DNA of 64,000 bases from Octopus sinensis. Lineage: Eukaryota. Numbering within the stretch: position 1 is the first letter of the stretch; each line of letters begins with the position of its first letter. The translations under genes and the position numbers were made by a program. The notes below the pieces were generated by a model, which worked only from the letters and a program-made list of their open reading frames with translations, was not told the DNA's origin and ran no database searches. The stretch covers positions 50,778,001 through 50,842,000 of the forward strand of contig NC_043008.1 of the NCBI RefSeq assembly GCF_006345805.1, read 5' to 3'. Shown here in pieces: positions 11,897 through 25,689 of the stretch.

Positions 11897-13204
11897 CAGA
11901 TAGATAGATAGATGAAAGTGACGTTTACGACTAGAATGACTTCCATCATACATATGTCAGCTTGATCGGAGCTTGCCTAGGGCTAAACAGGAATCCCAAC
12001 AGCAAACAGCAACAGCAACAGCAACAACACCAACAACAACAACAACAGCAACACCAAGTAACTAATATTCTACTCTCTTATGTTCAGCACACAATTTTCC
12101 ATGTATAAACTTCTGCAAATACCGTTCTGTAAATTGACATATCACGACAAAAGCCTGTTGCAAACCTCAAGGACAACCAACTGTTCTTTGTTCTAAAAAC
12201 AACGATACTTAAAGAAAACAATTATTATCTGATATCGTCGATATGCCATGAGACGTTATCATATAGAGAGAGACAGATCGATAGCCTGTGGTTTTATGCT
12301 TATACGCCAAAGCTCAGCCTGTAGCCTAGCTTTATTACATAAGACTTACGACAGAGCTATAGCTTAGAAATCGATATAAGCTGTATCACTTGAGTGTTAT
12401 GTCAGAAACTACTTTGGAATCACATATAAGGAATTTAGCATACGAGAGTTTTGTGGCAGAACCCTTATTTGGGGGTTTACTCTTTTACTTGTTTCAGTCA
12501 TTTAACTGCGGCCATGCTGGAGCACTGTCTTTAGTCGAGCAAATTGACCCCAGGACATATTCTTTGTAAGCCTAGTACTTATTTTATCGGTCTCACATGC
12601 CGAACCGCTAAGTTACGGGGACGTTAACACACCAGCATCGGTTGTCTAGCGATGTTGGGGGGACAAACACAGAAACACAAACACACACATATATATATAC
12701 ATATATACGACGGGCTTCTTTCAGACTCGGGCCAAATAATGCCTTGTGAGTGAATTTGGTAGACGTAAACCGTACGGCAACCCGTCGTGTGTGTGTGTGT
12801 GTGTGTGTGTGCCTTTATGTGTGTGATTGTGCCTAATCACTGCTTGACAGCCAGCGTTGGTTTGTTTACATCCTCGTACTACTATAGCGGTTCGGCAAAG
12901 ACTTTAAAAATATAGGGGCTAGATTTGTTCGACTAAAATCTTTCAAGGCGTTGCCCCAGCATGACCACAGTCTTATGACTGAAACAAGCAAAAGATAAAA
13001 GTTAAAAGATATAAATGTTCAAAAATGGAAGAATAATTTGGTTTTCCTGCGAGGACGGAAGGAAGTCCAATGTTTATACAAACATTTCATAGTGGAAATG
13101 TTTATATTATCTAAATCATTCGAACAAGAAGAGATTTAAGAGAATCTAGGATTGTTATTTATAAAATTTAGAAAAACATTTGAGAGGCTAAAAATACAGC
13201 AGTT

Positions 13205-13351
13205 ATACCGAAAGCACAAAGCAATCACTGAGTTCTTGGCAACTGTGTCATCTCTATAAACAATCCGTAGTCTTCTGTGAATGTCGGACAACCTGCGTCC
13301 CTCTTTCTTTAAGATCTCAATGAGGGTAGGTTGCTTCTACTTGGGACCCAT
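13205..13351 (-). mobile_element. Mariner transposase N-terminal (HTH) relic
   Basis: MGPK*KQPTLIEILKKEGRRLSDIHRRLRIVYRDDTVAKNSV resembles the mariner QRxVIEFLxxEG...IHxRLxxVYG motif; in-frame stop. Confidence 0.55.
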
Positions 13352-13418
13352 TATTTGCCGGCAATTAAGAAAAACAAGAAGTGTTAATCTACCAAACTGC
13401 ATAATTTGTATAATTATT

Positions 13419-13805
13419 ACGCCGGCAGAATCGTTAGCATGCCAGGCAAAATGCTCAACGGTATTTCGCCCATCTTATCGTTTTGAGTTCAAATTCCGCC
13501 GAGGTCGACTTTGCCTTTCATCCTTTCGGGGTCGATTAAATAAGTACCAGTTACGCACTGGGGTCGATATAATCGACTTAATCCTTGTCTGTCCTTGTTT
13601 GTCATCTCTGTGTTTAGCCCCTTGTGAGTAGTAAAGAAAAAGGTATTTCACCCATCTTATCGTTTTGAGTTCAAATTCCGCCGAGGTCGACTTTACTTTT
13701 CATCCTTTCGAGATGGATAAAATAATACCAGATAAGCACAGAGGCCGATATAATCGACTTACCCACTTCCTCGAAATTGCTGGCCTAGGACCAAAATTTG
13801 GAACC
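13419..13805 (+). mobile_element. SINE family A, full copy plus tandem partial copy
   Basis: Matches the family consensus; core repeated from ~13640. Confidence 0.8.
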
Positions 13806-16689
13806 TATATAAAATGTCATGCCGACTTTTGAATTACTTTCGGTACAACCCTTGAACCAAACTTCAGCGACAAATTTTGACAGAAATCACCACGAGAAGT
13901 CACATATTGTGATTTCCATTGCTGACGTTTCAATTTAGAGCAATTGATACAGACTAATGGCTGACACAGACAATTACTAGCTTCCTAAGATCCTGCTGTT
14001 TATTTTGAGTCATTTTCTTTCTCTTTGCTTTTCGCTATATCGATAGATTCATAATTGGAAACCCTATAATCACTCACATTGCAATTAAACGTTGCTTTAT
14101 AATATAGAGTTTATGGCATGTGGAAATCTAAGCTCATATGCCACACGAAAAAAGAAAAGAGAAGCAATTCTAAGACAAATGTGTTTTATTCAACAAGAGC
14201 TCTGAAGTAGACAACATTTCTTTCTCTGCGGCTTGGTGTTTTAATGGCAAGATACCTGCTTGGAGCACAAGGTAAGCATGATACATAAATGTGGTCATAA
14301 GAGAACTACAGTGTAGTCAATTCAACATCGAAGATCTCGAAGGACAGTCACTGAGACTTGTTGGTAGCTATCGAAGAAGATTTTTGCTATTAGAAATTGA
14401 TGAAGCCAAATGAAATGAAATAGTATATTTAATGGGATGAGGTTAATGCGTGGAATGAAAACATCTTGCGTTGCACAATATAAAGTCTATATTTAGGGTA
14501 CGGCAAGAAAACGTCACACATTTGACAGACTGACAAATGTTTCAATTGAAAATGCATGGTGTTAACTGAACCAAACCATGACAGTAACTGGAAAAGAAAC
14601 GGTAAAATATTAATTCCAGATTTTGACATAAGGCCATCAATTTCGAGTGGTGGTGGTAGGGAGTTAATTACATCGACCACATAAGTGCTTGACTGGTACT
14701 TATTTTATCGACCTCAGAAGGGATGAAAGGCAATGTCAACCCCGATGACATTTTGAATTTTATGATTTCAGTTCAAATTCCGTCGAAGTTGACTTTACCT
14801 TACATCGGGAGTCGATAAAATAAGTTCCAGTTAAGCATTGCGACCCATGTAATTGACTTACTCACCTCACCCTTAAAATTGCCGGCCTTGTGTCAAAATT
14901 TGAAACAAACAGTAAAATATTCTCTTCAGGCAGACACCGATACTATCTACCTAACTTCACTAAGCTTCTTATGCACTGAAATAAAAAGATGTTTCTCTGT
15001 CGTACCTGACATTTTAGGAGATGAAATATTTTCGTTTGCTACTGTTACAAATACTAGTAGAATAGTTTAAATAATTATGATTTGATATCAATTATTACAA
15101 ATTCAAATGTAAAAATTATTAAAGAGTAAATTATTTTCCGTCTTCCGTGGTATTTCAAACCGCGTATTAACTTTTGTCGGTTCACAGACATCAGAAGGAA
15201 CAGTTGTTCTCCCACGAAGGAGCGCGGTTTCACCTGTTCGTTGACATCACCTCATATATGGCTAGTGCGAGATTTAAGACAAGTCCAATCGAAACCAATG
15301 TATTACTGGTAGCTACTACAACATAAAAGACATCAGTATCGAAAGCTGTTGTTTTTGTTGTTTAAACAATGTCAGTTCGGATGAAGCAAACTTATGAACA
15401 TATGCGCTACAGTCGTGACCATCCCGCTTGTTTGCCCTTTTTTTTTTTAGAAAATATAATTTGTATCTAGGCAAACGTTTTTCAGTATGGTCTTTCGTTT
15501 TTAGACGAGACAACATTATTTGAGGGAGATTTCACCGCAATTTCTAGCAGGACGAGAAACAATTCTTGGGACTTTCTGAAAGAGAGAGATTGTACCCACG
15601 ATAAAAAGGATTTACACATAAATGACAATTGTTCGACTCTCTTGTTATTGATTTACAAATATTGACTTCAAATTTTGGCATCAGGCCAGCAATTGGAGGG
15701 AGAAAGTAAGTCAATTACATTGACCTCAATAATCAGTTGGTACATATTTTATTGACCCCGAAAGAATGAAAGCCAAAATTGACCTCGGCAGAATTTCAAC
15801 TCAGAATGTTAAATACGGACGAAATGTCGCTAAGTATTTCGTCCGGCGTACAAACGATTCTACCACCGCGCTGCTTTATTGATTTACAAATAGGGCTTCA
15901 AATTTTGACACATGGCCAACTCTTTTTAAAGGAATGGATAAGTCAGTCCCCAGTACTCGACTGATGCTGATTTTATCGACCCTGAAAGGATAGTTAGTTA
16001 AAGTCGACCCCGGTGGAGTTTGAACTCAGAACGTAAAGAGCTGGAAGTGATTGCATAAATATTGGTTTCAAATTTTGGCACGAGGCCAACAAGTCTGGGG
16101 AAAGGTGTAAGTCGATTAAATCGACCCCCAGTGCTTCACTGGTACTTATTTAATCGACCCCGAAAGAATAGGAATCGAGGTCTACCCCGGCGGAATTTGA
16201 ACTCAGGACATAAAGATTGGCAAGCGTTGTCAACCATAGAGGAAAGAAAGGAAAGAACATACCTAAACTCATTTATTATTCTTTTTCTTTCTTTCCAAAA
16301 TGACTGTCTTTGGAAACTTGTTTTAAAAGATGCTACGATGGTGTCTAGAGGTGATGTGAGCTTCAATGCTACAACAGCTGGAATTACATCAACTCATACT
16401 GACAGATTGGTTTTGTTTTGTTAAAAATGTGTTTGTAAGCCGTTTGGCTTTTGTATACGTTTTTTCGTTTTTTTTTTTCTCTCGCACTGTTCAAGGTCAC
16501 TCGCTATTCTAGAAAAGTGTTATTTCATAGCTGTCTGTTCTTAAGGACTTTCAACCTAGTTTTAGTAATGGAATAGAATAAGGATTTAAATGCAAAAAAT
16601 AATTTCTATTTAAACAGGAGATATGAATAAAATGACAGATAAAAAACATATATATATGTGTGTGTGTGTGTGTACTTATATATAAAAAC

Positions 16690-16748
<59 letters not shown>

Positions 16749-17145
16749 GAGATAGATATACAGATATATATAGAAAGGCATACATATATACGTATATGCA
16801 TATAAATGTGTGTGTATATATTGTGTGTGTGCGCGCGTGTAAAATAAATGCTGAAAACTGTATACAACTGTTTGCCACACACTCCCTGCCTGTACTTTTA
16901 GCTCCATAAATAACTGCACACTTGGCTCTTCCAACATCCTATTACAATTTCGTTCCTATTATTTTGTTCATAATAATTATTACTACTCGGGTCCCCCAAT
17001 TTTCCCTGATATGATTGCTATTTATATCATCTCTTGACTTTATATGCTTATACAACCCATTTACTTCCAAAAAACAATATACAATGCCTACGTGAGAATA
17101 AGGTCTTATTTCTTTTTAAAGCAGTATTTTTTTAGGTTGTTTAAA

Positions 17146-17406
17146 TATTGGGTTGGTGCATAATTATTGCGGCTTTTTGTTTTTTTTTCCAACAAACTTT
17201 ATTCAACAAAAACAATAACAACACGTAGCAAAAACATCTTTAAATGATTATCCCGGAGCATATTCACTATCTACTTCAATTACTGCTTCCCATTTGCTTG
17301 GCAGACAGTCAGACCGTCATTTAAAGATGTTTTTGTTAAGTATTGTTATTATTTTCGTTTAATAAAATTTGTTGAAAAAAGCCGCAATAATTATGCACCA
17401 ACGCAA
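17146..17406. mobile_element. Mariner-derived fold-back MITE
   Basis: TIR (G)TTGGTGCATAATTATTGCGGCTTTT at both ends, similar to the Hsmar1-type TIR. Internal - strand LPSKWEAVIEVDSEYAPG* is a mariner C-terminus. Confidence 0.8.
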
Positions 17407-17800
17407 GAGTGGCCCTGTGGTAAGTAGTATGCTTACCAACCACATGGTTCCGGGTTCAGTCCCACTGCGTGTAACCTAGGGCAAGTGTCTTCTACTATAG
17501 CCTCGGGCCGACCAAAGCCTTGTGAGTGGATTTGGTAGACGGAAACTGAAAGAAGCTCGTCGTAATATATGTATATATATATATATATATATGCGTGTGT
17601 GTGTTTGTGTATCTGTGTTTGTCCCCCTAGCATTGCTTGACAACCGATGCTTAGCGGTTACTTAGCGGTTCGGCAAAAGAGACCGATAGAATAAGTACTG
17701 GGCTTACAAAAGAATAAATCCCGGGGTCGAGTTGCTCGATTAAAGGCGGTGCTCCAGCATGGCCGCAGTCAAATGATTGAAACAAGTAAAGAGTAAAAGA
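17407..17800 (+). mobile_element. tRNA-derived SINE, family B (GTGGCTGTGTGGTAAG head, CCTTGGGCAAGTG core, internal TA/TG microsatellite, AAGAGT tail)
   Basis: A-box-like and B-box-like (GGTTCAGTCCC) motifs; matches the copies at 34715, 39238 and 41520. Confidence 0.8.
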
Positions 17801-17809
17801 GTAAAGAGT

Positions 17810-18180
17810 AACCCAATAGATCTCATTATCCATCTATCCATTCAACCATTCATCTTCTTCGCTAACTATTCCTGGGATTGTCGTGTGAGTAGATTCTTCA
17901 GGTACCTCCTCTATGGGGTACGATCAAAAGCAACCGTCGTTGCACTTTGCTGGATCCCGAAGCGTGACCAAGTGCGACTGTTGGTATTATCCGGCTTTCT
18001 CCTTCTTGGTCTTCCCACTAGGCCCTGCTGCCGATTGGTTTGGTTTGAAGAACCAGTCTTGCAGTTCTTTCCTGCGACATTCTACTCACATGTCTCTTAT
18101 ACCAGATCTGTGACGTCTCAATGCAGCGAAGACCTGGAGAGATGCTCTGGTCCCCGAGCTACGCATCCGTTGCTCCAGTG
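17810..18180 (-). mobile_element. 3' fragment of an RTE-type LINE
   Basis: - strand CIETSQIWYKRHVSRMSQERTARLVLQTKPIGSRA*/GRPRRR matches the RTE C-terminal W.GHVxRM...GxRxxGRP motif; contains a stop and a frameshift. Confidence 0.65.
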
Positions 18181-18589
18181 AAGAGGCGGTGGCTTGATGG
18201 TTAAGATATTCGGCTCGCGATCGCAATGTCGCGAGTTCGATTTTCAGCGGCGCGTTCTGTTCGCGAGCATGACACTTTCTTTCACGTCATTCCAGATCAC
18301 TCAACAAAAATGAGTGATTAGCACTTGTGTTTCAAAGGTCCAGCCTTCTCACACTTTGTCACGGTGAATTTCCCTGAGAACTATGTGGAGTACTCAGCCA
18401 GGTGATCTGCTAATCAGATCAACTGAAACTCTTGTCACCATAACCAATGGAATACCAGGTACGGTTAGTCCGGAGACCCTTCGAACGGATTACATTTCGG
18501 GGAAGGAAGGACTTGATAAGTGTGATTAGTGGAAGGTCAAAGGATATGCAGCTAAGTATGCATGTACGTATATGTGTATGTATATTTGT

Positions 18590-19915
18590 ATGGATGGATG
18601 CAGGGGTAGATGTACGTATGCATACATGTGGATGGATGGATGGATGGATGGATGGATGGATGGATGGACGGACGGATGGATGGATGGATGGATGGATGGA
18701 TGGATGGATGGATGGATGGATAGATGGATGGATGGATGGATGGATGGATGGATGGATGGATGGACGGGTGGGTGGATGGATGGGTGGGTGGATGGCTGGA
18801 TGAATGGATGGACGGACGGATGGATGGATGGATGGATGGATGGATGTTCAATTTTTAATTATTTGAAATTTTCCTGTCAGGAAGGAGCTGGTTTCTAACA
18901 AATATACAAATCTCCATCATTGGAATGTAGGCAACAAAAACAAATTCAAATTTTACCCTTGAGAAAAGTGTGTCTGTCTGTATATATGTATGTATGTATG
19001 TATTATGTATGTATGTATGCATATATATATATATATGTATGTGCGTATGTATGTATGTGTGTATATGTGTATGTATGTATATATGTATGTGTGTATGTAT
19101 GTATTATGTATGTATGTATTATGTATTATGTATGTAAATATTATGTATGTATGTATTATGTATGTATGTATGCATATATATATGTGTGTATGTGCGTATG
19201 TATGTATATATGTATGTGTGTATATGTGTATGTATGTATATATGTATGTGTGTATGTGTGTATGTATGTGTATATGTATTATGTATGTAAGTATAATGTA
19301 TGTATATATGTATTATGTATGTATGTATGTATGTATGTGTATGTGTGTATGTATGTATGTATGTGTGTATGCATGTATGTATGTATTATATATGTATGTA
19401 TGCATGTATGTATGTATGTATTTATGTATGTATGTATGTAAGCATGCATGTATGTATGTATGTATGCATCTATGTACGCATGTATGTATGTAAGCATGTA
19501 TAATGTATGTATGTATGTATGTATGTATAAATGTATGTATGTATGCATGTATGTATGTATATATGTGCAGATCTGAATGTCTTGCTTTATGTATTCTCAT
19601 ACATACAGTTGCATATCTATACATGTTCATGCCCATAGACATGTATGTATGCATGCATGTATGTATGTATGAATGAATGTATGTATGTATGTATGTATGT
19701 ATGTATGCATGCGTATATGTATGCATGTATGTATGTATATATGTATTTATGTATGTATGTATGATGTATGTATGTATGCATGCATATATGTATGCATGTA
19801 TGTATGTATATATGTATTTATGTATGTATGTATGTATGTATGCATGCATATATGTATGCATGTATGTATGTATATATGTATTTATGTATGTATGAATGTA
19901 AGTATGTAAGTATGT
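18590..19915. repeat. Compound microsatellite field: (GGAT)n then (TATG)n
   Basis: Direct reading; explains the MDGW and YVCM ORFs. Confidence 0.9.
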
Positions 19916-20466
19916 GTAACAATTTAGGCTAGAACGCCACACAATTGCAGAAGACCTTCGAAAGCCACATTACGAACATACAAGCCGCAACATAAACCAC
20001 ATTCCAAAATTCCAATCGCTTAAACGGCAACATCTTGACGACAGCGAGACACTACTTCGTCCTTGAATCAGTCGCCGATCATTCTTTGAAAATACGAGAA
20101 ACACTCACAACAGCTCTCGTATCTAGGACAGAATTTGCTGCAACAAATCAGACGAACATTCTTGTCTCTTCCTTCTGAAGAGTAGCTGAACCGATTCATT
20201 TTTAAAATAAATATGTAAATACTGGAATAGGCGTAGCTGTGAGGTGCACAGTTTGCTTCCTAACCACGTTGTTCTGGGTTCAGTCCCGTTGCGCAGCTTG
20301 GATATGTTTCTTCTACTATAGCCCCGGGCCAATCAAAGCCTTGTGTTGGATTTGGTAGACAGAAAGTGGAAGGAGACCACCATATATATATATATATATA
20401 TATAATTTTAATCCAAACGGGAAAACAAAAAAACAACAACAGTGGAACAATTACAGTATTATTATT

Positions 20467-20700
20467 AATAGGCGCTCAGAAATATGGAAGCAGGAAGGTA
20501 TGACGTTTCGAGCGGAGCTCTCTTCGTCGGAAACATAAAGAAGGAAGAGAGAGGAAAAAGATCCCAAAGCGGGCAACAGGAGATGGAGAAAAAAAACGAC
20601 TGGTGTTTACGAAGTACACATGGTGAAAGGCGGAAGTTTTGTACGATAACAAGAGCAAAGTAGGTTTTTAAAGCCAAAAGAGTGGAGACAGGTTGGTAAC
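20467..20700 (-). mobile_element. Probable Penelope-like element terminal remnant
   Basis: - strand GAAGAGAGCTCCGCTCGAAACGTCA. Related motifs at ~31275 (+, GAAGAGCGTAGGCTCGAAACGT) and ~39900 (-). Confidence 0.4.
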
Positions 20701-21713
20701 GCAACAGATGTGTGTGTAGTGTGAGTGTGTGCGTGTGCGTGTGTGTATGTGTGTGTGAGGCGGGATAAAAAACAAAAAATATATGTATGTGTTAGTGTGT
20801 GCGTCTGTGTGTAGCGTGTGAGGTAGGGCGAGACAGTAGTAGGCATAGCAGACAGTGGTCAGTAGTAGAAAATGAAGGAAGGAGGAAGGGAGGGGGGGAA
20901 GGGGTGGGCGTATGTAGCGTGCCAGCGGGTGTTGAGTAGTAGTGTGTGTGTGTGTCCAGTGTCGTGGTAGTATTAAGGGCGAGTAGATTGAATGTGTATA
21001 AGAGTAATGTAATATATTTAAGCAATGTGTGTGTGTGAGTGGGTGTGTATATGTGTGCGCGTGTGTTAACAAAAAAGGGGGGTTAAGGAAAAAGGACTCA
21101 GCTGAGGGGAAGATGGAAGAGTGGTCCAGCGGAGACGGGCGTGGGAGAACCCACGACAGACGAAGCGACGGTCCCAGGAACGAGCGGGAGGTCCTCGTCG
21201 GGTCCAAGAGCGAGGTGCATGCAGCGCGTATGCGTTCGCGAACCGGCGCAAGCGCGTGCGTGCGCGCGCCTGCGAGTATGCGCGTATATGTATGTGTGGT
21301 GGATGTGTGAGTGTGTCTGTGTGTATGTCTGGGTGTCAGTGGTCCGATGAATGTATGTGAGTATGTGTGTATATGTGTGTGCATAGATGTATGTCCGTGT
21401 GTGTGTGTATGTGTATGATTGTGTATGTATGTACGTGTGGGTGTGTGGAAGTGTGTTATGTGCATTGTGTGTGCGCGTACATACAGGTGTGTGAGTGAGT
21501 GTGTGTGTGTATGTATGTGTGGAGTGTGTATGTATGTGTGTGTAGGATGCATGTATGTGTATGGGTGTAGTATGTATGTGTGTATGTATGTATGTGTACG
21601 TGCGTGTGTGTGTGTGTATGCGTGTAGGTGTGCGCGTGTGCATGCATGTGCGTATGTGTGTGTGTGTGTGCATGTGTGTGGGTATATATGTATGTATATA
21701 TATATTATATATA

Positions 21714-21749
<36 letters not shown>

Positions 21750-21771
21750 TATTATATATATATATATATAG

Positions 21772-21802
<31 letters not shown>

Positions 21803-21926
21803 ATATGACGGTCTTCTTCCCTTTCTGTCAACCATATCCAACACAAATTCATACATGTATGCATATATATAAATATATGTGCGTGTGTGTGTGTGAGTGT
21901 GTGCATACACACACATACATACATAC

Positions 21927-22034
<108 letters not shown>

Positions 22035-22648
22035 GCACACATACATATATGTATACATAAAATAAGCTTAATATGCTCCGGAATTGTCAAACACGCTTCA
22101 ATTTTTCTAAAATTGAATAAAATAATGCGGATATACACGTACATGATGAACAATGCTTAGCAATAAAATTTTTTTTGGATTCCAACCAAAGAATGTGTTA
22201 CACATCCACGAATAATATATCTGATGACGGAAATCAAACTGATTCTAAGTACAATGTAAATGTTGATTTAAAATATAAAACATCGTGAGGTCCCTGATTG
22301 GAACACTTTGACCTGTCTGCTCGATCGGGGCTGACTTGGTGCTAAGCTTAAACAATAACAACATGTAGAAGACACGGCTTCGAATCCCATTGCTTTTTGA
22401 TTCGTGTATTGTACGAGTCATTTAGGCAGAACGTTAGAAAAGAGACTTCCAGAAATTCTTCCGGGTATTTTTGCATTTTGAGGTCAAATTCCGCCGAAAT
22501 CAGCTTTGCTTTCATACCTCAGGGATCGATAAAATTATATACAAGTCGAGTACCAGGGTCGATGATATCGACTAGTTTCTCTCTCCTTCAGAATGTCTGG
22601 CCTTGTGACTAAATTAGAAACCATATCATATCACTCTTTTCCTGAGTT

Positions 22649-23070
22649 GGATCTTTTCGGTTTGAACGGCAGTTTTGTAAAATAATTTCCACGTAACTAA
22701 ACACTTTTAAACTTCATATACTGGTAGAATGTGTTTATAAAACATCTTTTTTTCTTGGCTTTATTGAGAAAATTCTATAGTTTGTAAGATATTTGTTGTT
22801 TTTTCTTCAATTTCTGCAATTTCAACCAATCAGTGACGTGTATTGAGTTAAAAAAACATTCTGTGCCGTATGAATATGACCCTCGTTTAAGAAACAGATT
22901 GGGTTTATTTATATTTCTGAAGAAAAAAATATAGTCTTCTCTCACCCCTAACCCTAACCCTAACCCTAAAAGAGATTGAAATGCAATAGATTGATTCTAG
23001 GGTCATAATTATAGGTGACAATTTCATATGACACCATTAGAAAAAACTGCCGTTCAAACCGAAAAGGTCC
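22649..23070. mobile_element. MITE with ~28-bp TIRs and internal (CCCTAA)4
   Basis: GGATCTTTTCGGTTTGAACGGCAGTTTT ... AAAACTGCCGTTCAAACCGAAAAGGTCC; CCCTAA x4 at 22946-22969. Confidence 0.8.
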
Positions 23071-24749
23071 CCAGGGTCGATGATATCGACTAGTTTCTCT
23101 CTCTTTCAGAATTGCTGGTCTTGTGACTAAATCAGCAACCATCGCTCATTTCCTGAGTTTGCATTGAAATTAATTAATTTTATTTTTAATATAGGCGTGT
23201 TACGCTTTATTCAGTCCCACAGCAATCATGAAGACATTTTCATTTAATTTCAACAGTTGCTTACATTCTGACAGTCAGCATTGCTCGTGAAACTCATATT
23301 TCAGCGCGTGCATCGTTTTGATGACAGGCTGACTGTTAATATTCTAATTCGGTCAGCATCGTGATTGCTCGGCTGGTAGATCCTCATGCTCACCCGATAG
23401 CATTTTAACTCTAGCATTATTTTCAGAACACGACGAGATAATAAGCTTTTTGTAGAATAAAATGCGAGATATTTTTCTTATCATATTTCATATCAACTCT
23501 ATTTACATAGTTTACAACTGTACTGACACCGAAGGCATTTTTAAACATAAAATAACATAAAATAAACTTGTGTTATTTGTTTTAGTTCATTATATTATTT
23601 ACGTTAAAGAAAAAAAATCACTATTTTTCTTTTTTTTTAATTTCTTCTTTAGCATTTAGTATTCTCCATTAACAGAATTTTTTCAACGATTGCGTTAACA
23701 AAATGTCCAGTTTTTTAAACTCTTCGTGCCAAATAAATGGTTGATTTCCGCGTAGAATTTGCTAAAATACAATTTTATTTTTCGTGCATACAATTTCCCA
23801 GTATGACAGCTAATGAGTACCAAAGAGGTATTCATTACTGACGCTGCCATTGTTGTTGTTGTTCTTCTTCTTGTTTTCCTCCGGGTCAGTTTTAGTCAAG
23901 CAGACATATTCAAAGAATTGCAACCATCGCCATTCTATGATATTGTCACACAGTGTAACCAGAACTACAATATGCAATGTGTGCGGCGCGTCTCTTATTT
24001 AAGATGGTAATGTGTCGTTTGAGGAGGGAGGGCTTTTCTAACAGGTCGAAGTTCGTAAGTTCGAAGGAAAAAATCAAATAGACATGTAAAAGAAAGACTA
24101 TAACAAGAGGCATATTGTTACATTACCAGCACGAATCTCCTTTCGAATTCTAGTTTACACATCCTTTCCATGAGAAAACCTGCTTTTTGGGGGGGGGCGG
24201 GGCTGCAATTTCTTGCAGGAGTGACCTGCTAAAAGACATGACCCTTTTCGAGAAGCCGGTTGCATGAGACATAGCACATCATCAAGCAGGCTGCACTATA
24301 AAAAATACTCAAGTTAAGCGTGCCATTCAGAAAGTCTAGTGGGCCGCATGCGGCCACAGTTTGCCCATGACCGAGCTAAAATTACAGTCAAATGTAGACC
24401 CCTAGTAGTAGCAGTACATCTTAGAAATAGCATCCAAATTTCCCTGAGATTACACCCTAATGTTTTAAAATGGGAAGAACACATTACAAAGCCCTGAAAA
24501 TAAGGTGTTATGAGGGAAGGACTACCTCTGGTCATAAGACTACTACTCGATCGGTCTAACCTTGGGCTAAATGCTAACACCACCAACATATCGACGTATA
24601 AGCTACTAAAGATACTTTTATCTGGTAGCTTGATGTGCTAGAAATAGCTGCATAATCTTCCTTTAATTTCTAATTTAGGGAGTTCATTGGTCAAACGATG
24701 TGGACATACGGCTGTCTTGAAGTTTAGATCTACTGGTATAATATCAAAA

Positions 24750-25345
24750 TTCACTTTACATCATAACTAGAGTAACATCATAACTGGCCTAACATCAAAA
24801 TGGACCAGGCATCATGACGGGCCTAACACCGTAAATTGTCTATAATAACTGACTTACATCATAACTGGACTACCATCATAACTGAAGTGATTGGACTACA
24901 ATCATAATGGACCTGACATCATAAATTGTCAAATATCATAACTGACCTATCATTATAACTGAGCTAATATAACTGGCCTAACATCATAAACCGTCTAGCA
25001 GCACAACTGAACTAACAATATGACTAGTCCAACATTATATCTAACCTAACATTATAACTGAGCTAATATGATAACTAGCCTAACATCATAAATAGTCTAA
25101 CATCATAACTGGACTAACATCATAACTGGTCTAACATCATGAATGACGTAACATCACAACCCAGTTAACGTCATAGCTGAGCTAACATTATAACTAGCCT
25201 AGCATCATAAATAGTCTATATCATAACTGTTCTGATATCATAACTGGTCTTGTATCATAATTCAACTAACATCATTACTGGATTTGCATCATAACTGATC
25301 AAACGTCATAATTGGCCTAACATCATAACTGAGCTATCACATAAG
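24750..25345. repeat. Degenerate ~18-bp minisatellite (CTAACATCATAACTGG.)
   Basis: ACATCATAACTG recurs about every 18-19 bp. Confidence 0.75.
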
Positions 25346-25689
25346 AACACATTTAGTATATGACTCCTGATATAATACTCCGGATGTAATAATCTCACAT
25401 CTGATATAATACCACACGTGACATAACAAAATACATCTGACATGTTGTTGCTGTTGTTATTGCTGTGGCGATGGTGGTGGTGATGGTGGTGGTGGTAGTA
25501 GTGTTAGTCCTTTAACCTCAGAGATCAAACTTATGACCAAAATACATCTTGGTCGTTGTTATCCCTTATTTTAAAGACAATTAGGGCTGCATTACCCGCT
25601 ATGTCTTTTTTCTTTCCCAGGACAGTAGAGTGTCATTTGAAGGAGACTTAGGTAGTATTTTTCGCAGATCAAGACCAGGGCGTGATATT

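Noticed and set aside
14190-14277. Possible 5' UTR exon with donor CAAG|GTAAGC
   Set aside because: Donor motif only; no independent support.
22946-22969. (CCCTAA)4 as a chromosome-end or fusion relic
   Set aside because: Only four units, inside a MITE.
24335-24375. GGGCCGCATGCGGCC..AGTTTG, resembling hAT subterminal sequence
   Set aside because: Too short; no partner end found.
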